Of a DNA stretch of 64,000 nucleotides, positions 37,099 through 48,318 are shown piece by piece (the first letter of the stretch is position 1; every line of letters starts with the position of its first letter). The stretch spans positions 32,001-96,000 of IMG/VR virus record IMGVR_UViG_3300046514_000687; one strand, written 5' to 3'. This DNA is from a virus. Position numbers and translations under genes: made by a program. Under the pieces are notes generated by a model. It was not told the origin of the DNA, made no database searches, and saw only the letters and a list, made by a program, of their open reading frames with translations.

Positions 37099-37920
37099 AT
37101 GGACACCCCCGCCCGCGAGCACCCCGTCTGGAGCGACCTCTTACGCGGCGCCGTCGAAGACCCCGGCCGCGCATCGGCAGCTTATTCCAACTTCTGGCCT
37201 TACAGCTTCCGCAACCAACTGCTCGCGATGGAGCAGTGCCTGCACCGCGCCCTGCCCATCGGCCCCATCGCCAGCTACCGCGGCTGGCTGGCCCACGGGC
37301 GCCAGGTCCGCAAGGGCGAGAAGGCGCTGAGCCTGTGGATGCCGATTCACCGCCGCGGCGAGCCCAAGCCGTCCGACGAGGCGGCCGAGACCGCCCGCGT
37401 CCGCTTCGTGTTCCTGAACCGCTGGTTCGTCTACGCCCAGACCGACCGCGCCGACGGGGCTACCGAGGACTGGGCGCCGCTGCCCGTGCCGGGCTGGGAC
37501 CGTGGACAGGCCCTGTCTGCCCTCCAGGTGCGCGAGGTCGCCTTCGACTCGGTAAACGGGAACGTCCAGGGCTGGAGCGTGCCCGCCGACCGGACGCTGG
37601 CGCTGAACCCCGCCGGTACCCACCCCGTCCAGACCACCTTCCACGAGCTAGGCCACATCGTCCTGGACCACGTGCGTGGGCACGACGACGCGGGCACGGC
37701 AGAGGTAGAGGCGGAGTGCGTGGCGCTGCTGGCGACGGCGACGCTGACCCCGACGGCTACCGAGGCGCTGGCCGCCTCCCGGCACTACGTGCAGTGGTAT
37801 ATCGCCAAAACCCCGGACGGCCTTACCGAAGAGATGAGCCGTCGCATTATGAGTGCGGCTAACCAGGTACTTGTAGCCGGCAGAGTGCAGGAGAATGCAG
37901 GCGATGACCAAGCCGCGTGA
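37099..37920 (+). CDS. ArdC-like ssDNA-binding/antirestriction protein with zincin motif
   Basis: YSF.NQLL, W...GRQVRKGEKA, F...QT, HELGH, E.EAE.VA. Confidence 0.8.
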   Translation: MDTPAREHPVWSDLLRGAVEDPGRASAAYSNFWPYSFRNQLLAMEQCLHRALPIGPIASYRGWLAHGRQVRKGEKALSLWMPIHRRGEPKPSDEAAETARVRFVFLNRWFVYAQTDRADGATEDWAPLPVPGWDRGQALSALQVREVAFDSVNGNVQGWSVPADRTLALNPAGTHPVQTTFHELGHIVLDHVRGHDDAGTAEVEAECVALLATATLTPTATEALAASRHYVQWYIAKTPDGLTEEMSRRIMSAANQVLVAGRVQENAGDDQAA

Positions 37921-38347
37921 CGTCGCAGTGCGGCTATTCGCAAGACTACCAGCCATTCCAGCCGCTAGCGGCTGCTGGGAATGGCCCGGCAGGAGAGAGC
38001 CGAACGGGTACGGCACCATCAGGAGCAACGCTGGCCCAAAGGTCTACGTGCACCACGTCGCTTACCGCTACCTATTCGGCCCCATTCCGGAGGGCAAGCA
38101 AGTGCAGCACGATTGCGATAACAAGATCTGCTGCTTGCACCTTTACGCGGGAACCCAACAGCAAAACATGGACGACATGGTTCAGAGGCAGCGGCACTCA
38201 AACCAGCAAAAGACCCACTGCCCGCAAGGACACCCACTCAGCGGCCCTAACCTCGGCACCGGCCCGCGCGGCGCGCGCATGTGTACTGCCTGCCAGCGCG
38301 CCGCCGAAGCGCGCTATCGCGCCAAGCGAAGAGCAGCTAGGAGTTGA
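37907..38347 (+). CDS. HNH homing endonuclease
   Basis: GCWEW.G....GYG, H..AY....GPIP.G..V.H.CDN..C..HL..GT...N, KTHCPQGH. Confidence 0.85.
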   Translation, partial: TKPRDVAVRLFARLPAIPAASGCWEWPGRREPNGYGTIRSNAGPKVYVHHVAYRYLFGPIPEGKQVQHDCDNKICCLHLYAGTQQQNMDDMVQRQRHSNQQKTHCPQGHPLSGPNLGTGPRGARMCTACQRAAEARYRAKRRAARS

Positions 38348-38351
38348 AGCG

Positions 38352-38951
38352 ATGACCAGGCAGCCTGACCGCAGCGCAGCGAGCATCCAGGCTGCTAACC
38401 GGGCGCTAGAACTCCGCGCCCTGCGGCTCGGCCGGCACCTGCTGGGCCTGTGTGAGTCCTGCGGCGCAGAGCCCGTGCCGGGCAGTCGGGCTTGCCCGGC
38501 CTGCGCCGCCAAGCAGCAAGAGGAGGAGGCCATGAGCCTGATTCCGACTCCCTTCGCAGACGCGGACTTCGGCGCGCGGTTCCGGGTTGCCTGCCTGACC
38601 GTCGCGGCAGCCAACCCCGCCTATACCTTCGCCGCTACGCTGAGCGCCGCGCTGACAGCGCTACTGCCGCCCGCCGCCTACGCCAGCTTCGAAGCCGAGC
38701 GCACCTCGATACGTCAGGCGGCGCTGGCCGCGCTGACGCCGCCGCCCTTCCAGCGCGTGGCCAGCCCCGGCGGGTTCTACTGCGGCGGCTGCGCCGAGCA
38801 CCACACCGACGCCGAAGGCGCTTGGCGCTGCACTTGCGGGAAGATCGTCTGCGAGCCCCACTGCAAGGCCAGCCACCAGTGCCAGCCCAACCAGTTTGTC
38901 AGCGAGCGGGAGCGCGAGCGGCTGACCGAGCAAGCCCGGAAAGACGGCTAG
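38352..38951 (+). CDS. Cys-rich hypothetical protein, possible second in-frame start at 38532
   Basis: Several CxxC motifs. Internal GAGGAGGAGG-ccATG. Confidence 0.5.
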   Translation: MTRQPDRSAASIQAANRALELRALRLGRHLLGLCESCGAEPVPGSRACPACAAKQQEEEAMSLIPTPFADADFGARFRVACLTVAAANPAYTFAATLSAALTALLPPAAYASFEAERTSIRQAALAALTPPPFQRVASPGGFYCGGCAEHHTDAEGAWRCTCGKIVCEPHCKASHQCQPNQFVSERERERLTEQARKDG

Positions 38952-40808
38952 GCGATGGCAGAATACGTGGTCGTGGGCAGCAGCCGGCGGCCCCGCGCGC
39001 GGCACCTGTGGGCCCATACCCACACGCTAGATGGCCGGGCGCAAGCGCTGTGCGGCGAGGTTGCCCCGCGCGGGGGCTGGCAGATCCTACGCTGGCTGCC
39101 GGCTACCGACGCGGGTTGCAAAAGCTGCAAGACCGCGGCGGGGAGGACCAATGGCGCGACGCAAGCGTAGCCCGGCCCCGCCACCCGCCACCCGCCAGCG
39201 CCTCTTCGAGGCCGTTATCGGCAGTGTGGATGGCGCGCCCGTACTCTTCGGGCCAGTCCTGTGGGCCGAGCTGTGGACCAGCAGCGCAATCGGCCAGATG
39301 GGCGGCGTGCTTGGCATCCCGCCCGGCAAGGTCCTGCGCGTCGAGGCGTGGGTGGTCGATGAGAGCGAGGAGGCCGCCCGCGTCGCCGTCGCGCGCCGGG
39401 GGCCGGGGACGGGCGAGGACTTTGACGTGATGCACTTCAATGCCGAGAGGCGACCGAAAGGAGTAGGGCATGCCTGACGAATCCGAGACCATGACCCCCG
39501 AAGAGGCCGCGGCGGTGGCCCGCGCCCGCGTCGCCGTGGAGCAGATTCGCGCGATGGTCGGCACGCTGATCCAGGCGCTAGAGGTCGCCGAGAAGGCACT
39601 CTCTGAGGTCTGGCGCGAGGGCGCCGAACCCCAGAACCACCGCGTCTACCAGGCCCGCGAGGAGATCAGCGCAGCGCTGACCCTGACGCACAGCCGGGAG
39701 AACTGATGCCGAACGGTAACGAGGAGCGCATGAGCACGGGCAAGCCGTTTCCCGATGACCGGAGGCCAGGTCCCTTCGGACCGCGCGACCCCGTGACCGG
39801 ACTGTACTCCGAAGGGTCTGGAGAGCCCGTGCCCGCGCCGGAGTGGGACGCTATCGGAGTCGGAGTGCTGGTCGGCATCCGCGAGGAGCTAGCCACCCTG
39901 AACCTCTCGCTGCGGGCGCTGGTCCAGTTCGCTGCCATCATTGCCCAGGACAGCCCGCAGACGCGGATGCTCACCGCCAAGAGCGCCGTCGCGCGCGCGG
40001 CCAAGGAGATCGCCGAGTGGAACGCTGCGAAGGAGCCGCCCGATGCCGCGCCTAACTGACGACACCGTGGTCTGCCGCGTCACTGCCATCTCGCGCACCC
40101 GCGTCGACCTGGACTGCGAGCACGGCGCCGACTTCCCCGAGGTCCTGCCCGCCTGGATGGCCGCGCGCCTGGCCCAGCTTACCGTCGGGGAGGAGCAGAT
40201 CTGCCCCGACTGCGTCGCCCAGGAGATCGCCGCGGGGCAAAGCTGTGCTCCCGCCGATTGACCCGTGGCGGCTCACCTACGCCTACCTGGCCGGCGTCGT
40301 CGTCACGCTCGTGCTGTACTACCTGGCCTGGCTACGCCAGGAGGCCCCGCCGAGCCGCCGCGAGGGCGTCAGCACTATGCTGCTAGCAGTAGCCTGGCCG
40401 GTGCTAGCCGTCTGGGCGCTGTGGGCCGTCGCACGCTCTGCCATCCGGGGGTATTAATGGCCGAACTGAACGAGCCGACCGCGACCGAAGCTGCCTTCCG
40501 CCAGGGCTACCAGGCCGCCGTCGATGAGCTGCGCGGGGAGAGGCGCCTGCTCGACGAGCCCGCGCCGCCACCTAAGCGCAACCTGACCTACGAGCAGCAG
40601 CTCAAGATCCGGGTCGAGAAGCTGGAGCGCCTGCTGGGCGAGCGCGACGAGACGATCCGCCGGACGCTTACCCAGGTTGGGCTGGCGCGCGCCGACCGCG
40701 TCCGCGCGGTGGGGGACAAGCGGCGGCTGGTGGCCCACATCATCGGGCTCGGCCAGGCACTCAGCCTGGCCGGGCTCGACGTGCCGCCGCTGCCGGAGGA
40801 GGAAGACG

Positions 40809-41252
40809 ATGGACTGGAGCGGGGCGATGATCGCCCTGATCGACGAGACGACGCGGGTCTACCGGAAGGGGGCGGCGGTCTCCCGTGATGGGCCGGTGCT
40901 GACCGTCGACGACTTCCCGCCGCTGCCGACGGAGCAGCCCGCCACAGAGGCGCTGGTCGACGTGCACTTCATCTGGGTCAGCGTCCGGCGGGCGGCGGCC
41001 GAGCAGCGCACCGTAGAGCTGCAAACACTACTGGCGGGCTACCCGGCGCTGGATCGGCTGGCGGCGGGGCCGTCCTACATCGAGCTAGGCGGCGTGCTGG
41101 GCGACCAGGGGTACGCGCTGCGGCTGCTGGCGCTGGGCGAAGTGCTGCGCCTGTGGCGGCTGTTCACGCCGGCCAGCTTCGGCATCACCGGCGCGCGAGC
41201 CGACGAGATGGCCGGGTCGGGCTACGTCCTGTGTAGCGGGTGGCGGCCATGA
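40809..41252 (+). CDS. Conserved-type phage hypothetical protein
   Basis: VDVHF..V, L..GPSYIELG..LGDQG.ALRL.ALG...W...TP. Confidence 0.6.
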   Translation: MDWSGAMIALIDETTRVYRKGAAVSRDGPVLTVDDFPPLPTEQPATEALVDVHFIWVSVRRAAAEQRTVELQTLLAGYPALDRLAAGPSYIELGGVLGDQGYALRLLALGEVLRLWRLFTPASFGITGARADEMAGSGYVLCSGWRP

Positions 41253-43254
41253 GCGAGCCGGACGACGACGCCGCCCGTGCCGCCGCGCACACGGCCTACT
41301 GCGCCGCGCTGAGTAGCCGCGCCTGGGCGGCCTACGTCGCCCGGCAGGCCGCCGCGGTCCTGACGGACATTCACCGCGCCCTCCACGAGATCGGCGACGA
41401 GATAGCCGCGCACGAGGCCGAGCTAGCAGAGCTGGCCGCAGCATCCCACGAGCTAGAACACCGCCAGGCGGAATGGAAGGCCTTTGCCGCGACGCCTGGC
41501 GCTATGCCGGCGGCCGCGCGCGGCACCCGCTTCACGACCCTCTGGGAGGCACTGCCGGACTACTTACGCGAGTGGACGCCGGAAAGCGAGTAGCGCAAGG
41601 AGAGAAAAGGGTGATGACCGACAGTACGGCGGTTCGCCAGTGTGATCTGCTAGTTGCGGATGAGCGGTGCGTCCTGGTCCTGGGCCACCGCGGAGACTGC
41701 GTCGAGCCGTGGCCAGGCACGGACATGTCCGACGTGATCCGCTATCGGGTACTTGCCGACAGGTACGCTGCGGCGCAGGAGGTAGTCGACGACCAGGCGA
41801 CGCAACTCGCCGCGCAGCAGGCCACGATCGCTCAGCTCGCCGGCGACCTGGGCTGTGCGGACAGCAGCGCGCGTTGGGTGGGGCGGGGGATGGGCAACGC
41901 TCTGATGGCCAACCAGGACCTGCGGACGGCTCGCGACCGGCTGGCCGCGCGGCTCGCCGCAGTAAGCGACCTGGTTGGCGCCGTCGCGCACGCGCTGGCC
42001 CTGCACGACACGATCATGGCGGCCACGCCGCCGACTTCGGCGATGTACCACGAGAGCCGCCAGCGGTGGGAGGCGATGCGGACGGCACTGGCAGCAGTGC
42101 GGGAGGAGCCGGGTGGATAACACTACACGAGCGCGGCTAGACGAGATAGGGCCATCTCCACAAGGGCGCTATCTCTGGATCGAGGATACCGAGACGCCTG
42201 TGGACGAGTTGCGAGCTAGGCTCGCCGCCTACGATGCCCTGCTGGCCGAGCGTGATGACTTGCGCCAGATTATGGGCGAGACCACCTATCTGACCGATGC
42301 GCTGGCCGCCCTGCGTACAACGAGTGACCAGCTCGTGGCCGCTGAGGCCGAGCGGGACCGGCTCCAGGCGATCGTCGACGAAGCCCTGCCGCTGGCTGAG
42401 CGCCTGGTGCCCGCGGTCGCGGACCTGGAGGCGCGGCTCGCCGCTGCGGAGGGCCGGAATGGCTGACCTCCCGAACGCCCCCCCGACTTACAACGAGGCC
42501 GGCCTGCTCTGCCGCTGCCAGGGCGACTGGTTCTGCCGCGCCGGCGAGCTCGCCCAGCGCATCGAGGCTTTGGAGACCGTACTAAACACCACGACCAAGC
42601 GAGCCGCGACCTACCAGGCGGCGCTCCAGCGAATCCGCGACGACTATGGCCTGGTCTGCGCGGAGTATGAGCTGTGCACTCACGTCGCCTGCGAGTCCAG
42701 CTACGGCGCCTGGGCCACCGCTGACGAGGCACTCCGGCCCAGCGCGGAGCCGCCCCCGTGAGGCGCCGCCGGATCGCGCCCCTGCCGACACTAGAAGACC
42801 TGGGGCTCACCCCCGCGGTCCGGCGGCTGGGCGACCAGCTCGTCGAGCGCGGCATCGACCGCGGCGGGCTCGCCGACGAGTACTGCCAGAGCCTGGATTA
42901 CTTCGCCAAGACGCGGCGGCTCTACTGCCCGCGCTGCGGCGAGCTGCTGTGCGTGGACCTGATGGCCGACGACGACGAGGAGCACTTCCGGGCGAGCTGC
43001 GTCGAGTGCAGCTGGCCCGGTCCCTACGAGACCGGCCAGGAGTTCGCGCGGCGGTGGGTTGCCGCCGTGGACGCGCTCCGGCAGCGGCAGCAGACGCAGT
43101 AGCGCGCCGGACGGCCCTCGCGGGATCCGGCGCGCTGCCCGCGCGTGGAGGGTCCGATGGACGCAGACCCGCCGGCCCCAGTATAGCCCCAAAAGGGGGT
43201 CGCGCATGCCGCCGGAGAGGAGTACACTGGAAGTCCGGCCGCGCCCTGACACGC

Positions 43255-43322
43255 TGGCATGGCCTGTCCCAGCGGGTTATAATAGGCTAAGGTACCCCCT
43301 GATGGTACCGCTTGCGTGGAGG
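43255..43322 (+). promoter_or_regulatory. Promoter cassette copy 8 (variant)
   Basis: TGGCAT-17-TATAAT-7-GGTACC-CCCTGAT-GGTACC-GC..GGAGG. Confidence 0.85.
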
Positions 43323-43327
43323 ACTAG

Positions 43328-44176
43328 ATGGACAGGCCGCCACGGCGTTCTCGCTCCCGCGCCACCGCCCTCGCAGACCCCTTCGAGAAGCTCCACGAAC
43401 TCCCCGGCAAGACCAAGCGCGACGGCACTCCCCTCAGCTACCTCAGCGGCGCCCAGGTCGTCCAGCGCCTCAACCGCGTCCTCGGGTTCGACCGCTGGTC
43501 CTTCGAGATCATGGAGACGCGCGTCGACCAGGCTGCCGACGAGATCGTCGTGCGCGGGCGGCTGACCGTCTACTGCGGCCGGCGCACCGTCGTCCGCGAG
43601 CAGTTCGGCAGCCAGCGCCACAACCGCCTGCGGCAGGACCAGAGCATCATCGATTCGGGGTTCGACCACAAGGGCGCTGCCACGGACGCGCTGAAGAAGT
43701 GCGCCACGCTGGTCGGCGTCGGCCTATACCTCTACGGCGCCGAAGCCGACGAGCGCCCGCCGGACTGGGACGCCGCCGAGTGGGAGACGCAAACCACCAG
43801 CCACGCCCGCCCCGCCCCGCCCGCACGCCCCGCCGGCGGGTCGCCCCCACAGCGTCAGCAGCCTGCCAGCAGCCCACCAGCAGCCAGCCAGGCGCCCCCG
43901 CCCGGCGAGCCGACCGACCGCGAGCGCGAGGCCGCCAGGAAGGCCGCCCAGGCAGTGTACATCTGGGCCAGCAAGTACCAGGGGCTCCAGAAGCCGCGCG
44001 TGATGGCCATCCTGGACCTGGAGCCCGACGACCACCTGCACCTGTTCATGCTCCAGCACGGCTACGGCGCCCAGCACGTCATCGCCGCGCTCCAGCAGCA
44101 GGCCGACTTCGGGCGCATCGACTGGCCCGCCATCGTCGCGGACCTGGGCGCGGGCTACCTGCGCCGCGTGCAGTAG
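43328..44176 (+). CDS. Rad52/Rad22-family single-strand annealing protein (Sak-like)
   Basis: LSYLSG..V..RLN.VLGFD.WSF, KGAATDALKKCA...GVGLYLY. Confidence 0.85.
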   Translation: MDRPPRRSRSRATALADPFEKLHELPGKTKRDGTPLSYLSGAQVVQRLNRVLGFDRWSFEIMETRVDQAADEIVVRGRLTVYCGRRTVVREQFGSQRHNRLRQDQSIIDSGFDHKGAATDALKKCATLVGVGLYLYGAEADERPPDWDAAEWETQTTSHARPAPPARPAGGSPPQRQQPASSPPAASQAPPPGEPTDREREAARKAAQAVYIWASKYQGLQKPRVMAILDLEPDDHLHLFMLQHGYGAQHVIAALQQQADFGRIDWPAIVADLGAGYLRRVQ

Positions 44177-44415
44177 GGAGCTGCCGTGAAGCAGTGGGAG
44201 ATCCTCACCGGCGTCGACCGCGAGACTGAGCAGGGCGTGGTCCAGCTCATCGTCAGCGGGGTGCCGAGTCGCCCGGACTACCTGCGCCTGACGCCGGAGG
44301 ATGCGTCGGCGCTGGGAATGGAGCTGATGCGCGCGGCCGCCTACGCGAAAGCCTCCGGGGGCGGGCAACCCCCGGAGGCTGAGCCAGCGGCCGACATGGA
44401 GCCGACCGCGTGATC

Positions 44416-44540
44416 GCTAGGGATCAGGCCAGGTAACTCCACGAGGTATCTGACCCTAGCATGGAGTCTCGCAACCCCGCCCTATTCTAGCACGGATGGG
44501 CGCGGGGTACACCATTGCCGTGCTAGAAAGGGGTTGAGAT
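44416..44540 (+). promoter_or_regulatory. Structured leader of the replication initiator gene, RBS sequestered
   Basis: Hairpin GCTAGGG..CCCTAGC. Second hairpin TTCTAGCACGG/CCGTGCTAGAA plus CAACCCC/GGGGTTG. Confidence 0.55.
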
Positions 44541-44541
44541 T

Positions 44542-45567
44542 GTGGTGCAACTTCGTGAAGAGCCGACGGCCTACCAGACTCAGTGGTACGCCAAAGCCTA
44601 CCCCAACGGCCCGATGGCTGACCCTCGTCTCGGCAGCGCCTACCGCCTCTACATGCGCCTGCTGGTCTACGCAGACGACAAGCTGACCTGCTACCCGAGT
44701 CCGGGTCAGCTTGCCGTCGACCTCCACATCAGCCGCCAGGCCGTTGCCAAGCACCTGGGCGTGCTGGAGCGGTACGGCTACGTAGTGGCCTACCGAACAT
44801 CCAAGCGCGGCGCGTCCGGCAAGCACGGGCTGACCCCAACCACCTACCGCCTAAGTCCGCCAGACCGTAACCTTGCCCCGCCCGACGCCGCTGCCGCCGG
44901 TGCCCGGACCGGCAACCCAGGGTTGCCGGATCAGCCCTCCACCCCAGCAACCCAGGGTTGCAAGGGTAGCAACCCCAGGTTGCCGGATCCGGCAACCCCA
45001 GGTTGCGAAACCGGCAACCCAGGGTTACACAAACTAACCCAGGTAACTAACCCATCAAAACTAACCCAGTTAACCAACCCACCGGAAGCGGCTGCGCCGC
45101 CGGAGTCGGCGCCCGACGCTGTGGCTGAAGTCTGGGCCCACTTCAAGGCTAAGATCCAGCCGAAGGCGCGGATCTGCCCCACTAAGAAGATCCGTGCTCG
45201 CCTAAAGACGTTCTCGGTCGAAGACCTCAAGATCGGCATCGACCACCTGGCGGCCGACTGGTGGTGGATGAGGCGGGGGCCCCCAAGCGACCCTGGGTGC
45301 AGTCACATGGGGAGCGACCTCGTATTCCGAGACGATGCTCACAGTGAGCGGTGGTTGATTATGGAGCCCCGCGCGCCGTGGAAAACTGCGAACGGTAGCA
45401 GCGGCCACGGCTCCCGGCAGGTCTCCAGGCAAGGCTACGGCCTGGTGGAAGCCGGAGTCCAGGCCATCCTCGCCGGCGAGGCGCTGGGACCAACGGACTT
45501 CGCCTTGCCGGCAGATTGGGAGGCGGTGCAGGCCGAAGTGGTCCGGCGCCGGACCGCCCAGCACTAG
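44542..45567 (+). CDS. Replication initiator with N-terminal HTH
   Basis: CYPS..QLA.DL.ISR..V...L..LE..GYV. Internal iterons. Upstream of a DnaC-like gene. Confidence 0.8.
   Translation: MVQLREEPTAYQTQWYAKAYPNGPMADPRLGSAYRLYMRLLVYADDKLTCYPSPGQLAVDLHISRQAVAKHLGVLERYGYVVAYRTSKRGASGKHGLTPTTYRLSPPDRNLAPPDAAAAGARTGNPGLPDQPSTPATQGCKGSNPRLPDPATPGCETGNPGLHKLTQVTNPSKLTQLTNPPEAAAPPESAPDAVAEVWAHFKAKIQPKARICPTKKIRARLKTFSVEDLKIGIDHLAADWWWMRRGPPSDPGCSHMGSDLVFRDDAHSERWLIMEPRAPWKTANGSSGHGSRQVSRQGYGLVEAGVQAILAGEALGPTDFALPADWEAVQAEVVRRRTAQH
44912..45080. repeat. Origin of replication: five palindromic iterons plus A/C-rich repeats
   Basis: GCAACC-N3-GGTT(G/A)C at 44912, 44947, 44969, 44992, 45014, followed by three CTAACCCA repeats. 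Confidence 0.8.
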
Positions 45568-45570
45568 CGC

Positions 45571-46617
45571 GTGGAGGTAGTGATGGACAACTACAACCAG
45601 CTTGGTGATACGTGCCAGGACCTGCTGGACCACCTGCTGGACACAGCAGAAGACGATACGGAGCGCGCAGAACTCCAGCGGCGTTTCGACGAGGCGGCCG
45701 AGGCGCAGCGCCAGCGCAACGTCTGGTGGGAAACCCACCGCAACCCGCCGACTCTCGACGGGCGCGTCCGGCGCCCGGTGTATCGCACGCCGGGTCCGGT
45801 CCCGACGGATGCGCCCGCTTACGGCCCGCCGCACGACTGGGGCCACGACGGGACTGAGCTGTGGGACCGCTACCCGGACCTCGACGGCAGCGTGCGCTGG
45901 GTGCGCCACCCGGCCAACGCCTACCGCTGCCTGGTCTGCCGCGACACGCGGTACGTGCGCCACGACGCGCCGATGGGCAGCCCCGAGTACGGCCTGGCGT
46001 TTCTCTGCCGCTGCCAGACGGAGAACGCTCCTGCGCCTCCCACACCGGCGCAGACCCGGTTCATCAACGCGGGGCTGCGGCCCGAACTCGCGCGCTGCAC
46101 GCTGGAAAACTTCCTGCGGCGCGACGGCACGAGCCTCGCGCTGAATGCCGTCTATGCGCTCTGCACGGCCCACCGCACCGGCGGAGAGACTCCTCGCTGG
46201 CTCATCCTCTACGGCGACACCGGCACCGGCAAGACTCACCTACTCATCGCGGCACTCCAGGAGATGCTAGCGCGCGAGGAGGGCGCCGCCACAACCGCGA
46301 CAAAGTTCCTGGAGGCCTGTAAGGCAGACCAGTTCGCTTACGAGGGGCAGATCACTCAGCAGGTCATCGACGCTCGCATCTTGCTACTCGACGAGGTAGG
46401 GACGCAGAGCAGCGGAGACTGGGGGACGGGAAAGCTCGAGTACGTCCTGAACGAGCGCTACGAGCAGCGAGCCTGGACACTGCTCGGCATGACGATGGCT
46501 CGTGACCAGCTGGATGCCTGGTCTGCTCGCCTGGCCTCCCGCTTCGCAGACCGCCGCCTGGCCGTGTCGGCCACCCTGACCTGCACGGACTACCGCCGAG
46601 AACGGGGAGCGTCCTGA
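45571..46617 (+). CDS. DnaC/IstB-like AAA+ helicase loader
   Basis: C..C.D...C.C Zn motif, Walker A GDTGTGKTHL, Walker B LLLDEVG, N.RY, RLASR, DYR. Confidence 0.85.
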   Translation: MEVVMDNYNQLGDTCQDLLDHLLDTAEDDTERAELQRRFDEAAEAQRQRNVWWETHRNPPTLDGRVRRPVYRTPGPVPTDAPAYGPPHDWGHDGTELWDRYPDLDGSVRWVRHPANAYRCLVCRDTRYVRHDAPMGSPEYGLAFLCRCQTENAPAPPTPAQTRFINAGLRPELARCTLENFLRRDGTSLALNAVYALCTAHRTGGETPRWLILYGDTGTGKTHLLIAALQEMLAREEGAATTATKFLEACKADQFAYEGQITQQVIDARILLLDEVGTQSSGDWGTGKLEYVLNERYEQRAWTLLGMTMARDQLDAWSARLASRFADRRLAVSATLTCTDYRRERGAS

Positions 46618-47622
46618 TGCCACAACTTTCGTGGCGCGGTGTGAATATCCAGCCCGCCGACGCCGGCCCGCCGTCCTTCCGCGAGCAGCACCTGCCCGAG
46701 TACCGCGTGCGCCTGCTGGACGTGTACGCCGCCTGCGCCGGCTGGCCCCACGCGGCCATCACCCCGCTCTGGCCGCTCGTGACGCTAGCCAGCGAGGCGT
46801 TCGAGCACGAGAACCTGGAAGCGTGGCGCGGCACGCTGACGGAGCTAGAAACCCGTGTGGCGGCAGTACCCGCTAACCCCGCGAGTAATCCCCCCGGAGG
46901 GGCAGAGATGGCCGCCCAGGCGCAAGGAGGGGCATCTGTGGGAGCGCAGCATGAATAATAGGGCATGGACGGCTCCGGCGCCCGGCGGCTCGGCCGCGGG
47001 GAGGCACACCGATGCCCAAGCGGCTGAAGTACCTGCGGGCCTCCGGGCTCCCCCAGAGCACGAAGCCCCGCGGTCGCTTCGCCCTGTTCTTCCACTACCC
47101 CAGCCCCACCGACTGGCTGCCGATCGACCGCGCTCAGGCCGAGAGCTGGAACATCATGCTGGTCTGGGACACCTGGCAGGCCGAGTGGCGCTGCGACTTC
47201 ATCAAGCGCGGGCAGATCGTCTCCGCCCGCGGCGAGACCGTCAGCGAAGCCATCTCCGAGGCCTGGGAGCAGGTGATCGACCTGGTAGAGCACGCCCGTC
47301 GCCCCGACTCGCGCTAGGGCGGGCGGTGCTTCGTGGCTGAGCGGCCGCCCGACGCAGCCGAGACCGCGCGCCTGCACCGCCTGCTCGACGCCACCACCGC
47401 TGACGCCGAGAAGCTCGCCGACGCCCTCGCTGCCGCCTCGATCAGCGCAGTCGCGGCAGCGGCTGATCGGCACCGCCTGGCCCAGCGCGCCTACCACGAC
47501 GAGCTGCTGGCGACCGCCGTCGCGCTGTGGGTCAAGCTGCACCCGTCGCTGGGGATCGGTGGCTACTGCGGCGACTGCCTGAACCTGCGCGACGCCTACG
47601 TCGCCTGGAGGGAGAACCGCCC

Positions 47623-48246
47623 ATGATGGAGCCCTGGCCCGCCGACGCCGTCCCCGACGCCAAGGCGCATGCCGATGCCCTGAAGGTCCACGGCCAGGTG
47701 CAGCGGTACAAGCAGGCTCACGACCGCTCGCTGTTCCTGCTCGGGCGCTGGCTGTCGCTGATGCACGACTACCGCCTGCACGAGCAGCTGGGCTACCCCA
47801 CCTGGGTCAGCTACCTCGCCGCGCCCGACGTGGGCATCAGCAAGACCAACGCCCAGCGGTACATGGACGTGTCCAAGACCTACCTGGAGACTACCAAGCG
47901 CAACGGAGACCTGGCGGTGCCGGGCGACCAGGTGGCGCGCATCGGCCTGATGAAGGCGGACATCATCGGCCCGGTGATTCGCGCGGACCCCGAGCGGGCC
48001 GACGACTGGGTGGCGCGCGCGGAGACGCTGACCGTCACCGACCTGCGGCTGGCCGTGCGGGCGGAGCGCGGCGAGGTCGTAACCGCCCTGCAGGAGGCCC
48101 AGGAGGAACTGGCGCGCAAGCTGGTCGCCATCTGCTACCACCTGAAGTCCACGCGCGACTGGCGCACCGTCTGCGACGAACTGCTGGCCGCCCTCACGAC
48201 CGGCCGGGCCTACCTGGCCGAGCTAGACCCCGACCCGCTACCCTAG
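47623..48246 (+). CDS. Hypothetical protein (possible DUF3102-like helical DNA-binding)
   Basis: LG.WL.....Y.TW..YL.....IS...AQRYM. Confidence 0.45.
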   Translation: MMEPWPADAVPDAKAHADALKVHGQVQRYKQAHDRSLFLLGRWLSLMHDYRLHEQLGYPTWVSYLAAPDVGISKTNAQRYMDVSKTYLETTKRNGDLAVPGDQVARIGLMKADIIGPVIRADPERADDWVARAETLTVTDLRLAVRAERGEVVTALQEAQEELARKLVAICYHLKSTRDWRTVCDELLAALTTGRAYLAELDPDPLP

Positions 48247-48253
48247 TGCCAGC

Positions 48254-48312
48254 TGGACAGCGCGGCCTAGATGGGTTATAGTAGGTACCTCACGTGGGTA
48301 CCTACCGAGGAG
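48254..48312 (+). promoter_or_regulatory. Promoter cassette copy 9 (variant, box abuts the -10)
   Basis: TGGACA-17-TATAGT-A-GGTACC-TCACGTG-GGTACC-TAC..GAGGAG. Confidence 0.8.
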
Positions 48313-48318
48313 AACCAC

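Noticed and set aside
48271-48318. ATG 48271 as the nuclease start
   Set aside because: It lies inside the promoter cassette. GTG 48319 follows the RBS.
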